From the sequence record MZ443771.1: DNA of 64,000 nt; one strand, 5' to 3'. The position numbers and the translations under genes were made by a program. Below are positions 37,632-45,923 of the stretch, one piece after another. The notes under the pieces are model-generated. The model did no database searches. It was not told the origin of the DNA and saw only the letters and a program-made list of their open reading frames with translations. Each line of letters starts with the position of its first letter. The first letter of the stretch is position 1.

Positions 37632-37698
37632 CGACTAAGGGCTGATTTGTCCGATATAGTGTTCGCATAGACTTTACAAATTTCAGGCGCATGAATGC

Positions 37699-37728
37699 AA
37701 AAAGGGGCAGCCGAAGCCACCCCTTTTT
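37699..37728 (-). terminator. Intrinsic terminator (GGGTGGC-TTCG-GCTGCCC)
   Basis: Stem-loop plus T-run after the histone-like gene. Confidence 0.85.
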
Positions 37729-37760
37729 GTTTCGTAGTAGTGTCGAATCGACCAGGCCGA

Positions 37761-38411
37761 TTAAACTTCTACTTTACCTTTTTTCTTGGTCTTCGCAGCT
37801 TTACGCGCGCCGGCTTTCTGAGCAGCAGTGCCTTTATGAGTTACGGCTTTTTGCGTAGTCTCTTTGCCTTTTTTCAGGCGTGGCATTGGTTTCAGTTTTG
37901 GCTTCTTCAGGGTAACAGCTTTAGGCTGTACTTTTGGAGTTACCAGTTTGCCGTTCTTGATCGCAGGCTTACGAGCTTTACGCGCGGCCAGACGAGCTTT
38001 CTGTTTCGCGATCAGGTTGCTGTAACCAGCTTTCTGTTTCGCGGCCAGGTTGGAACGAGCGATTGCCTGACGTTTCAGCAGCAGCTTGCGGATCTGAGCC
38101 TGGGATTTCTGAGTGGTTTTCAGACCGGCCTGGTATTTAGCCAGACGCTCTTTCAGGCGCTGTTCGATGCTTTTGCCTTTCGCTTTCTTAGCCTGCTTAC
38201 GCAGGTGAGTAGCACGTTCGTTGTCGAACTTTTTCTCAGAAGCGGTACGCGCTGGCTTTTTAGCTTTAGCGGCCTTAGGTGCTTTGGTCGCTTTAGGCGC
38301 CTTAGCAGCTTTCGGTGCTTTTGCTTTTTTAGCTTTAGGCGCTTTCGCAGCCGCAGGCTTTTTGGTCATCTTTGGATCTTTGGTGCTTTTCAGTTTGCGT
38401 TTTACGGCCAT
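37761..38411 (-). CDS. Histone H1-like Lys/Ala/Pro-rich basic protein
   Basis: 216 aa; tandem KAPKA(A/T/K) repeats around a central coiled coil. Confidence 0.7.
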   Translation of the reverse strand: MAVKRKLKSTKDPKMTKKPAAAKAPKAKKAKAPKAAKAPKATKAPKAAKAKKPARTASEKKFDNERATHLRKQAKKAKGKSIEQRLKERLAKYQAGLKTTQKSQAQIRKLLLKRQAIARSNLAAKQKAGYSNLIAKQKARLAARKARKPAIKNGKLVTPKVQPKAVTLKKPKLKPMPRLKKGKETTQKAVTHKGTAAQKAGARKAAKTKKKGKVEV

Positions 38412-38479
38412 GATTATATCCTCAAGTTACAATTGAACTTTCGTCCTGTAGGACATTAAGTTTTTGAAATCAGCATGTA

Positions 38480-38487
38480 AAAATTAG
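38480..38487 (-). promoter_or_regulatory. Putative late promoter motif (CTAATTTT)
   Basis: Intergenic, 69 nt upstream of the histone-like gene. Confidence 0.5.
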
Positions 38488-38530
38488 TATAATCCCTGAG
38501 ACTTTTATCAGGAAATTTCCTAAATCTTTT

Positions 38531-39610
38531 TTACATAGCAGTATACCCTATTTCAGATAACACCGCGTCAAGTTCCTTGCGAGCGCGAACCCGCAAGGAC
38601 TTTTTAATTCCCGAAGCCTTTAGGTAATCCTTAAGGCCATCGCGTGGGTCAATATCCGCGAGCGTTAACTCACTAACATCAACTGTATCTATATTATCGA
38701 GATCGACGCGTTTATTCGTGGAATTTAATTGGGAAATATTAGGGACACGAGTACGAATATCTGCTGGGATTGACACGGTATCTTTGACGATAACACGGTA
38801 TCGAATCGCAGGGTTTACCACAAGGCGAGACCAGTCTTTCTGATTTTCAATTGCAACGGTTTCTAATCTAAACCCAGGCTTGCTGTCAACGAACTTCCGT
38901 TGAACCACCAGCTCACCTTTCTTGTAGAAGGCGCGAATGTGGATGAACCCTTTAGGCAGCGCCTCACCAAACGTTTTCTGGTACGGTGAACCACAATATT
39001 CAAAGCGCTTCTTCTCAAGTACCTGAGCAAGGTGGATGTGTCCGCTAATCGTATAGTCACGCGGGTCTACCTTGATATCCTGCTTCGCTTTAAGTGGACG
39101 ACCGTTATCGCCAAGCGCACCAATAGCTTCAACGTGACAGAAGTTCAGACACGGCTTCTTGTGCTTGATACTCTCACGCGCAGGGTGTGGCAGGAAGTTT
39201 ACGATAACGCCATCAATCTCTACCTGCTCAGGTCTGAGGTAGATGTGTAGCGATTTGAGGAAGTCCCACTCACAGAACGTCTTAATCAAGTCCATGCTGG
39301 TGGACGTCATATCCGCCCAGTCGTGGTTGCCGCCACAATACCAAGTGTCGATAACACCTTCGTACTTGAGGAAGAATTGCATCAGCTTACGCTTCGTGTC
39401 ATCTTCCATGCGGAACTTATCAGTAATGTCGCCCGGAACAAAGATGTGACGAATACCGTGCTCTAACGCGTACTGATAGATACGGTTGAGTGTTTCGAGT
39501 TGGCGGTCAATGTGATCAGTAGGGAAGTGATTCGACAACCCTTCGAGATGCCAGTCGGACGTTACCAGTGCTTCCAGCATCTCTGCTACTTTCTTCTTCT
39601 TTTTCATCAC
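38531..39610 (-). CDS. sbcD: SbcD/Mre11/gp47-type metallophosphoesterase nuclease
   Basis: SDWHL, GDITD, GGNHD, SGHIH and YCGSP; alternative start at 39580. Confidence 0.9.
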   Translation of the reverse strand: MMKKKKKVAEMLEALVTSDWHLEGLSNHFPTDHIDRQLETLNRIYQYALEHGIRHIFVPGDITDKFRMEDDTKRKLMQFFLKYEGVIDTWYCGGNHDWADMTSTSMDLIKTFCEWDFLKSLHIYLRPEQVEIDGVIVNFLPHPARESIKHKKPCLNFCHVEAIGALGDNGRPLKAKQDIKVDPRDYTISGHIHLAQVLEKKRFEYCGSPYQKTFGEALPKGFIHIRAFYKKGELVVQRKFVDSKPGFRLETVAIENQKDWSRLVVNPAIRYRVIVKDTVSIPADIRTRVPNISQLNSTNKRVDLDNIDTVDVSELTLADIDPRDGLKDYLKASGIKKSLRVRARKELDAVLSEIGYTAM

Positions 39611-39636
39611 TACAATCCACAGGTTTCTTTGTAGGC

Positions 39637-39645
39637 TATTTACAG
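39637..39645 (-). promoter_or_regulatory. Putative replication-class promoter motif (CTGTAAATA)
   Basis: 27 nt upstream of sbcD. Confidence 0.6.
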
Positions 39646-39684
39646 ATCATAGGTGACTGTAAGGTAGGTTTGTGATCAGAAATG

Positions 39685-39711
39685 AAAAGAGGCAGCCGAA
39701 GCCACCTCTTT
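39685..39711 (-). terminator. Intrinsic terminator
   Basis: AGAGGTGGC-TTCG-GCTGCCTCT followed by TTT. Confidence 0.85.
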
Positions 39712-39714
39712 GAT

Positions 39715-41595
39715 TTACTTCATTGCCGCAAGACGTTTACGGCGCGCTTTGGCTTCTTCGCGCATGTAGACGACTTCCTCCTTTGCCTCAGCCAGAGCTA
39801 TCTCAAGCGCACGATTACAGATGGCTTCAATGACCTGCTCAGGAGTCTCAGTAGTTTCGATCAGAAGATTCCCACTACGCGACAGTACCTCAGCATCAGG
39901 ATAGAGTTCCTCTCGCGCCTGCCCCATACACAGTTCGTCATCAATGCGATAGATAAGCATGGAGAGTTCAGTCTTCTTGAACTTGTTCTCCTTGCGCTCA
40001 AACAGAGGACGTAACTTAGAATGGAAATCTCGGCGAGCATCAATCGCTACATACTTCCAGCCTGCAAATACTTTCTTCGCACACTCGTAGTAACGATCGT
40101 CCACACTGTTCTTGTTGCGCTCAAGACTCACAAGAGTTGCAGCAGGACAGAACGGTGACATGTTAGCGAGTGAGCCGATAGCAGGCGCAAGCACGTACTC
40201 AGCGCGGTAACTATCGCCAAGTTCGTATTCTTCATCGACATACTTGGTCTGCACATCACCTGTATTGATACGCGATGCGTTGTACCAGAATGCACTCTCA
40301 GGGTTGTTGGTGTATTTGACGAACGACCATATCTGAGACAGAGCAGCAGGGTACGACCAATTGTGAAGACTGTCTTCTCGGTTGCTGTAGAAGTCTACGT
40401 CACCCAGATTCGCATCAAGGAAGTTCTGACGTCTATCCCGCGGCAACTTGTCGATGAAGATAGCCATAGCTCTAGGTCTATTGGACATCTTCTCCCACAG
40501 CATGAGCGTAGTTGGATCGTCAACACCAAGCGTACCGAAGACGATATCAATGAAGTCACCGAACTCTCGATAGTGTTTGTACACCAACAGCTCGGTAGCG
40601 CTGCGCACATAGAACTTAGGCTGTCCCCACTTCTCACGCGCAAGCGCGACTGCAACGCTCGGATAGCGTTCGATATAACTCAGGGCAACGTCTTCCGCTT
40701 CTTTGTTCTTCGTAGCAGTCAGGCGTTTGATAAACGCGTTAACATCACCATGCAGCATCGGGCTTTCGAGGTCATAGTCGAACTCTTCCCAGCGACGATC
40801 TGGATAGAGCTTGCTACTCAGTTCATACATGCCCTTGCGTTCGGTAGTTGCGATAAACGGATTGATGTGTTCGTCAAGCCACTCTTGCAGCACATGGACG
40901 AAAGGCATCTTAGAGTCAGGATAGGCGAACTCTACCAGATACAGAGCATTCACTTTCTCAGACCCGACAAACTTATCAGCAGCTTTCACCTTTGCGCGTT
41001 CGAAGTAAGGCTTGGCGAGACAGCGACCGATAGGCTTGTTGATGTTCTTGTCAGCAGGGTCAATCAGGTACGCAATCAGAGTGCCACCAGCGATATCCTG
41101 TTTGACATACTTCTTGTTCGAACCTGTCTTCACGTTCATGCAACTTACCCATCCACGGTCAGTGGACATGCCCGCAATATCATACGGGTGCATCGAGATG
41201 CAGATGAGTTGGCGGTTGCGCGTAGCATTCACAATAGACTTGCGATTCGGATCAGAGTCGAACATCTTTTTCAGTTCGGCATTCTTCGAAAGCACACGGC
41301 CGATTTTAACAATACGACCATGAGTGTCTTTCGCAGTACCTGTCAGGTAATCGACAAGCACCATATCTTTTTCCATCAAGGCATCTACGATCTGAATTGG
41401 AGGCTTGACGTTCTGCGCAACGTTTTTGATCACGTTGTCGCTCTTTGCGTCGATGTAGATACGCATGGCCTTGTGGCCTTTCTTGCCGCTAATCTTTTCG
41501 AAAAGACTAAGCAACGTGGGATTTGGTTTCCATCCTTTTCTATATTTGCGATAGATAGAAGGAGGTAACGCAGAGAGACTTACTTGAATTTCCAT
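39715..41595 (-). CDS. MEIQVSLS-tagged hypothetical protein (candidate internal virion protein)
   Basis: 626 aa; contains CISMHPYDIAGMSTDRGWVSCMN; has its own CTAATTTT motif and terminator. Confidence 0.6.
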   Translation of the reverse strand: MEIQVSLSALPPSIYRKYRKGWKPNPTLLSLFEKISGKKGHKAMRIYIDAKSDNVIKNVAQNVKPPIQIVDALMEKDMVLVDYLTGTAKDTHGRIVKIGRVLSKNAELKKMFDSDPNRKSIVNATRNRQLICISMHPYDIAGMSTDRGWVSCMNVKTGSNKKYVKQDIAGGTLIAYLIDPADKNINKPIGRCLAKPYFERAKVKAADKFVGSEKVNALYLVEFAYPDSKMPFVHVLQEWLDEHINPFIATTERKGMYELSSKLYPDRRWEEFDYDLESPMLHGDVNAFIKRLTATKNKEAEDVALSYIERYPSVAVALAREKWGQPKFYVRSATELLVYKHYREFGDFIDIVFGTLGVDDPTTLMLWEKMSNRPRAMAIFIDKLPRDRRQNFLDANLGDVDFYSNREDSLHNWSYPAALSQIWSFVKYTNNPESAFWYNASRINTGDVQTKYVDEEYELGDSYRAEYVLAPAIGSLANMSPFCPAATLVSLERNKNSVDDRYYECAKKVFAGWKYVAIDARRDFHSKLRPLFERKENKFKKTELSMLIYRIDDELCMGQAREELYPDAEVLSRSGNLLIETTETPEQVIEAICNRALEIALAEAKEEVVYMREEAKARRKRLAAMK

Positions 41596-41624
41596 TAGCG
41601 TTTCTCAGTGTTCGAATGATGCAA

Positions 41625-41632
41625 AAAATTAG
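41625..41632 (-). promoter_or_regulatory. Putative late promoter motif (CTAATTTT)
   Basis: 30 nt upstream of 41595. Confidence 0.6.
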
Positions 41633-41654
41633 CGTAGAAATGACAAACGCCCCG

Positions 41655-42164
41655 TTAGGAGCGTCTATTGAATTTGAGCCAGTCATTCCACCAGTAGGCA
41701 ACAGGCTTGTTTTGTTTGAGTGCATAGTCGATGCAGTTCTGCGTACCTGAAGGAGCGCCACAACAAAGAGAGATCAATCTGTCAGTCTCATCGACCATGT
41801 AATGATTTCGTTTGTTCAACGCGAACCCTGCTTGACCATCCATGTGCTCCCAGTCTTCTTTCGAAGTGACTATGCGCACCTCATGACTTTTGTTGAGCAG
41901 ACCGTCAAGTTCAAACACGCTACTGATTGTCCATCTGGAATTGAACCCAGGATAAGGCAGACATGAAACAACTTTGTGGCCTAGGTCGATTGCAGCAGTC
42001 GCTACTGCCATATCGAAACCTAGAGCACACCCCACATAGATGATAGCATCGTCCTCTATCGCAAGGACTTTTCTACGAGCGAACGTATAGAGGCGGCGTT
42101 TCGCCTCAGGGCTAAAGCCTCCAAGATACTGAGGACGATGGCCAGTGAAGGATATCTTTTCCAT
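41655..42164 (-). CDS. YspA/SLOG-family (DUF1273) nucleotide-binding protein
   Basis: ISFTGHRP, GCALGFD, KRNHYMVD and SGTQNCIDYA. Confidence 0.85.
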   Translation of the reverse strand: MEKISFTGHRPQYLGGFSPEAKRRLYTFARRKVLAIEDDAIIYVGCALGFDMAVATAAIDLGHKVVSCLPYPGFNSRWTISSVFELDGLLNKSHEVRIVTSKEDWEHMDGQAGFALNKRNHYMVDETDRLISLCCGAPSGTQNCIDYALKQNKPVAYWWNDWLKFNRRS

Positions 42165-42170
42165 GTAGGG

Positions 42171-42179
42171 TATTTACAG
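42171..42179 (-). promoter_or_regulatory. Putative replication-class promoter motif (CTGTAAATA)
   Basis: Only 6 nt separate it from the ATG of the SLOG gene. Confidence 0.5.
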
Positions 42180-42204
42180 AAGCACTTCCCTGTGCGTGGT
42201 CTGC

Positions 42205-42570
42205 TTAGACGACTACTTCAAGCTGGTGGTCACCAGAGTTCCACACCATCTCACGGATATTGCGTGGCATGATGATACAACCGCTTGAGGCAGTGCCTGG
42301 GGCTTTGATGCTATCGCCGTGCATCTGGAACGCAGAGCGGCCGAACATCACATTGTCAGCAGCAGGTGTCAAGTCCATTGCGTATGGTCCTGTCTTAGCG
42401 CTGGTGCGTGGTGCGTTCAACGTATAGTGACCAACAGGCAGCGGGCCCATGCCAACAATTGCTTGTGACTCATGCTTGTTCTTGTGCTGGCCTTTACCTG
42501 CGTAGCCGGTAGCGACAACTTTACCTGCTGCGTTATACAGGCGACCTGTAGTTTGTTCATATTTCCACAT
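42205..42570 (-). CDS. DUF2778 / Tlde1-type L,D-transpeptidase-fold protein
   Basis: 121 aa from MWKYEQ (GGAG RBS); GYAG, GPLPVGHY and FQMHGD...ASSGCI carry the catalytic His/Cys. Confidence 0.8.
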   Translation of the reverse strand: MWKYEQTTGRLYNAAGKVVATGYAGKGQHKNKHESQAIVGMGPLPVGHYTLNAPRTSAKTGPYAMDLTPAADNVMFGRSAFQMHGDSIKAPGTASSGCIIMPRNIREMVWNSGDHQLEVVV

Positions 42571-42594
42571 AGGTACTCCAATATGTGTATAATG

Positions 42595-42626
42595 GAAAAA
42601 GGGCCTACACCTTTCGATGCAAGCCC
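42595..42626 (-). terminator. Intrinsic terminator
   Basis: GGGCTTGCA-loop-TGTAGGCCC followed by TTTTT. Confidence 0.65.
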
Positions 42627-42771
42627 CAGTATTAGACGATGATCGTCTTAACAACGTTACGGTTCTTCTTTGGGTCGAACCACACTTCTTCAATAATCTT
42701 GCCCATGCCAAAGTTTATCATCTGCACAGTGCGTCGGCTGACGAGTTGCAGACGTTTAGAATGGAACATGA

Positions 42772-43281
42772 TTACTCCTTAATCATTTTGACACGCGTGT
42801 GGTCGAAGATGCCAAACGTTGGTACGTCATGGTGTTCGCCCTCATTACCTTTGATCGAGTCATATCCCGCGAGACGCAGAATCTTACTGATCTCAGTGTA
42901 TTCATCCCACCACATATACACGCGCTTGTGCATACCTTCTGGGATTACTTTTGCCAACGTGTCTAATCGTTTGACAAGGGTCATCGCCTCATCTTTGCCC
43001 ACCAGCTTTAACTGAAAGGCTTCCATGATGAGTTGCTTCACTCGTCTATGAATCTCAGCGAACTTTACTTCCGTCCACAGAGAACGGAATTTCAGGCTGG
43101 CGTACCTGCCTGGGTCCGCATGAAATCGGTAGAGTCTCCCACCCTCTGCATACTTCTCAGCATACGCACGATCTGGAGTTACCCAAGTCATGTGTTGCTT
43201 CTTAGCATGATCGTCAGACCAATCTTCGGCCAGACCTCGATAGTAGATGATGGGAGAACTCAGACTGACAAAGATCTGCAA
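42772..43281 (-). CDS. MQIFVSLS-tagged ADP-ribosyltransferase-like protein
   Basis: YYRG, WVTPDRAYAEKYA, G.LY, LAGYDSI and FGIFD follow the pattern of phage ART-fold domains; TTG start. Confidence 0.55.
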   Translation of the reverse strand: MQIFVSLSSPIIYYRGLAEDWSDDHAKKQHMTWVTPDRAYAEKYAEGGRLYRFHADPGRYASLKFRSLWTEVKFAEIHRRVKQLIMEAFQLKLVGKDEAMTLVKRLDTLAKVIPEGMHKRVYMWWDEYTEISKILRLAGYDSIKGNEGEHHDVPTFGIFDHTRVKMIKE

Positions 43282-44361
43282 CTACTTGCCGCCTTTCATC
43301 CATGAGTTCTGGGCGGCCATACGATCGACCTTCTTGAACTTCTGGAGACGTTTGATAGATGCTTCCAAACCTTTACGCGCAGACTGCAAGCTGGAGCCAG
43401 GTACTGAACCGCCACCATTGCCTCCGAAGTTAGCGAAGCTATCCCACTTGCCTGTTTTAGGGTTCTTGCTCATACGATAGCTTGCAGTACCGAGTTTGTA
43501 CTCGATGCTGTTACCCTTGACGCGGAATTTGCCTTTGTCAACACCGCCTTTCTCAATAAGGCTCTTAACGATGTTGGAGATATCTTTCGAAGCTGGGGCA
43601 TGATCGTGAGCGTCAATAGACACTTTAGTGCCCGGCACACGACTGGTGGTATAGCTGTCCAGAGGAACCTTGCCTGCCATAGGCCTTTCTTTATCTGAAT
43701 TGCCTTTCAGCATATCATCCAGACTTTTGGAGCCAGCTTTCTTTGTAGGCGTCTTCGTAGCTTTGGTATCTGCTGCGCGCTTCTTGGTCGTAGTGGCAGC
43801 CTTGCCTGTCTTTTTATCGCCTTTAGCACCAATCTCACTGAACTTGTCTTCGCGCATAAACTTAGGCTTGAACATACCGCGCTTACCAGTGACACCAAAC
43901 TCAGTCAGCTTGATCGCACGAACAGCCTTCAATGCTTTGGCAAGACCCGGGCCTGACAGTACAAGGTCAGATGCAGACAGCGGCAGATTCAAACCGCCCA
44001 GGTGATGTTTCTTAGCGTGGGCGTTTGCTTCTTTGATAAGAGCTTTCGCCTGCTTAATGTCAGCAGAAGATTTTGCTTTTTCTGTTTTGTAGGTTTCACG
44101 CAGAGCAGTCTTACGTGGGCCTTTAGGTGTTTGGCCAGCTTTGGTGAAAGCAGTAGCTGCTTTAATGCGAGCAGACATACCGCTAATAGCGGCAGTCTTG
44201 GCTTTCTTCAAAAGGCCAACAACAGCCTGCAGTTCAGGCTTTGACCCGGTCGCTACAACCAAAGTAGAAGCACCGCCGACTTTGGCCATTTTGTATGCAG
44301 GTTTCTTTGCCGCAGACTCAGACAGTAGATTGTCTGCGATATTGATTTTAATTAGTGCCAT
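43282..44361 (-). CDS. Basic Lys/Ala-rich hypothetical protein (candidate internal head/DNA-binding protein)
   Basis: Start MALIKINI at 44361 with GAGG RBS; N-terminal LLSESAA. Confidence 0.55.
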   Translation of the reverse strand: MALIKINIADNLLSESAAKKPAYKMAKVGGASTLVVATGSKPELQAVVGLLKKAKTAAISGMSARIKAATAFTKAGQTPKGPRKTALRETYKTEKAKSSADIKQAKALIKEANAHAKKHHLGGLNLPLSASDLVLSGPGLAKALKAVRAIKLTEFGVTGKRGMFKPKFMREDKFSEIGAKGDKKTGKAATTTKKRAADTKATKTPTKKAGSKSLDDMLKGNSDKERPMAGKVPLDSYTTSRVPGTKVSIDAHDHAPASKDISNIVKSLIEKGGVDKGKFRVKGNSIEYKLGTASYRMSKNPKTGKWDSFANFGGNGGGSVPGSSLQSARKGLEASIKRLQKFKKVDRMAAQNSWMKGGK

Positions 44362-44372
44362 TTTTGAGTTCC

Positions 44373-44978
44373 TCAAATCAAGGCGTGACCCGGTAGGTCG
44401 AAGTTTTTACCTGCGGCATAATCACCAAGTGCCTGATACAGCGAGTTACGCAGCATCTGACCAATGATATCCGAGTTGTGTGCTGACGCGTCTTTGAAAG
44501 CAACCTCGATCGCATCAGTGCGTGGGTTGACTACGGCGTAACGCAGAGGACAAATCGTCTGCACTTTGCACCAAGTGTCCACACGATCTTGTAGTTCAGG
44601 CGTCATCTGAATTTTGAAGTCAGACAACTGAAACACAAGGCTCTGAATAGGTGGAGGTGCGGATAAGGAGATGAACTTACCGTTAGCGTTCAGTCTCTCC
44701 ATGGCCATAGCCGCGTCGTAGATCGACTGATAGCCTTCACTGACAGTAGTGAGGCCACTCAGTTTAAAGCTATGCGTTGTCAATCCTTTGCGAATCAACT
44801 TGGCGATTTTGAGTTCGTAATCACCAGAATCATCCCGCATGAAAGTGACGAACGCGTAGAAGGCGAAGCCATCATCTTCACGTAAAAGTCTGTGATCTAA
44901 TACGCGAAAGCCCACGACACTTTGCAGTGCCTGGGCTGTGATTTGCATCGCCTTAGAAAGGGAAACGTAAATTTCCAT
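44373..44978 (-). CDS. MEIYVSLS-tagged hypothetical protein
   Basis: 201 aa, coupled to the upstream stop. Confidence 0.65.
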   Translation of the reverse strand: MEIYVSLSKAMQITAQALQSVVGFRVLDHRLLREDDGFAFYAFVTFMRDDSGDYELKIAKLIRKGLTTHSFKLSGLTTVSEGYQSIYDAAMAMERLNANGKFISLSAPPPIQSLVFQLSDFKIQMTPELQDRVDTWCKVQTICPLRYAVVNPRTDAIEVAFKDASAHNSDIIGQMLRNSLYQALGDYAAGKNFDLPGHALI

Positions 44979-45313
44979 TAACGCAGACGGGCGAGAGCCT
45001 TTTTAGCTTCTGCCAGAGAAGGCTGAATATCACCTTCATCGTCGAACTCACCTTCGTAGCGCAGGTCGATACCGGTGACGTTGAAGCCTTCGTCTTCGTC
45101 TTTGGTGATGATGCCGAAGCGAGCAGTGTCACCGTTAACGCTGATAAAGCGCATGTCGAGAATGTCGTTTGGACCGCTCAAGTCAGACGGCATACCGTCG
45201 TCGATGATTGCGAACAGTGCTTTCTTGTCCAGACCCTTAAAGAAAGCAGCCAGTGCAGGCGCAGCAGATTGGGATTTAACAGCATCGTTCAGTTTCAGTT
45301 TGATCAAAGACAT
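44978..45313 (-). CDS. Hypothetical protein
   Basis: 111 aa; N-terminus MSLIKLKL...KSQSAA resembles that of 43282..44361. Confidence 0.6.
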   Translation of the reverse strand: MSLIKLKLNDAVKSQSAAPALAAFFKGLDKKALFAIIDDGMPSDLSGPNDILDMRFISVNGDTARFGIITKDEDEGFNVTGIDLRYEGEFDDEGDIQPSLAEAKKALARLR

Positions 45314-45315
45314 GG

Positions 45316-45888
45316 TCAGTTTACTCCAACTTGTTTAGTGATTGTGATAACACGCTGGTACCAACCATAAATGTTATCTTCCTGAGTTTCGTCTGCCTTA
45401 GCGATGTTCTTCAACTTCGCAATACGACAGCCATTATAGGCATAAGCCAGAACTTTAATATCACGCACTTTGCAGTACGCAGCAAGAGCAGCGAGCGTCT
45501 TCGGACCGACGTTTGCAGCAGGTGCAAAGTCAGGGTAGAGCCTACCGCGACCGTTGAGAATATTCAACTGGTCTTGCAGTTCAGCGATTGCTGCTGGTGG
45601 CCCTGAGTTAACGGCGTAGTCAAACACCCACAGTGCCAGCTCCTGAGAAAACTTGGCGATCTCATCGCACTTGCAGAAGTCCCAGAAGTTCTTGCTGTAG
45701 ATAGCGTAAGCGATCTCATACGGCAAGTTTTGCATATCGCCAGTGTAACCGTAAGCGCGAGCATTCTTTTGAGTAACGCCCCAACGAGTCGGACCACCAC
45801 GGTCTGCTGATCGATTCGTATAGGTAGAGCCGCCCTCACGGTCAATCACTTCGGCAATAGCGTTCTTACGAAACGTTAATGCGTCCAT
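45316..45888 (-). CDS. Glycoside hydrolase family 108 endolysin with C-terminal PG-binding region
   Basis: REGG..Y.N...DRGGPTRWGVT signature; DYAVNSG; G.VGPKTLAAL. Confidence 0.9.
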   Translation of the reverse strand: MDALTFRKNAIAEVIDREGGSTYTNRSADRGGPTRWGVTQKNARAYGYTGDMQNLPYEIAYAIYSKNFWDFCKCDEIAKFSQELALWVFDYAVNSGPPAAIAELQDQLNILNGRGRLYPDFAPAANVGPKTLAALAAYCKVRDIKVLAYAYNGCRIAKLKNIAKADETQEDNIYGWYQRVITITKQVGVN

Positions 45889-45913
45889 AATAGATTCCTC
45901 TTTTAGACGAACT

Positions 45914-45921
45914 AAAATTAG
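45914..45921 (-). promoter_or_regulatory. Putative late promoter motif (CTAATTTT)
   Basis: 26 nt upstream of the endolysin. Confidence 0.6.
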
Positions 45922-45923
45922 CG

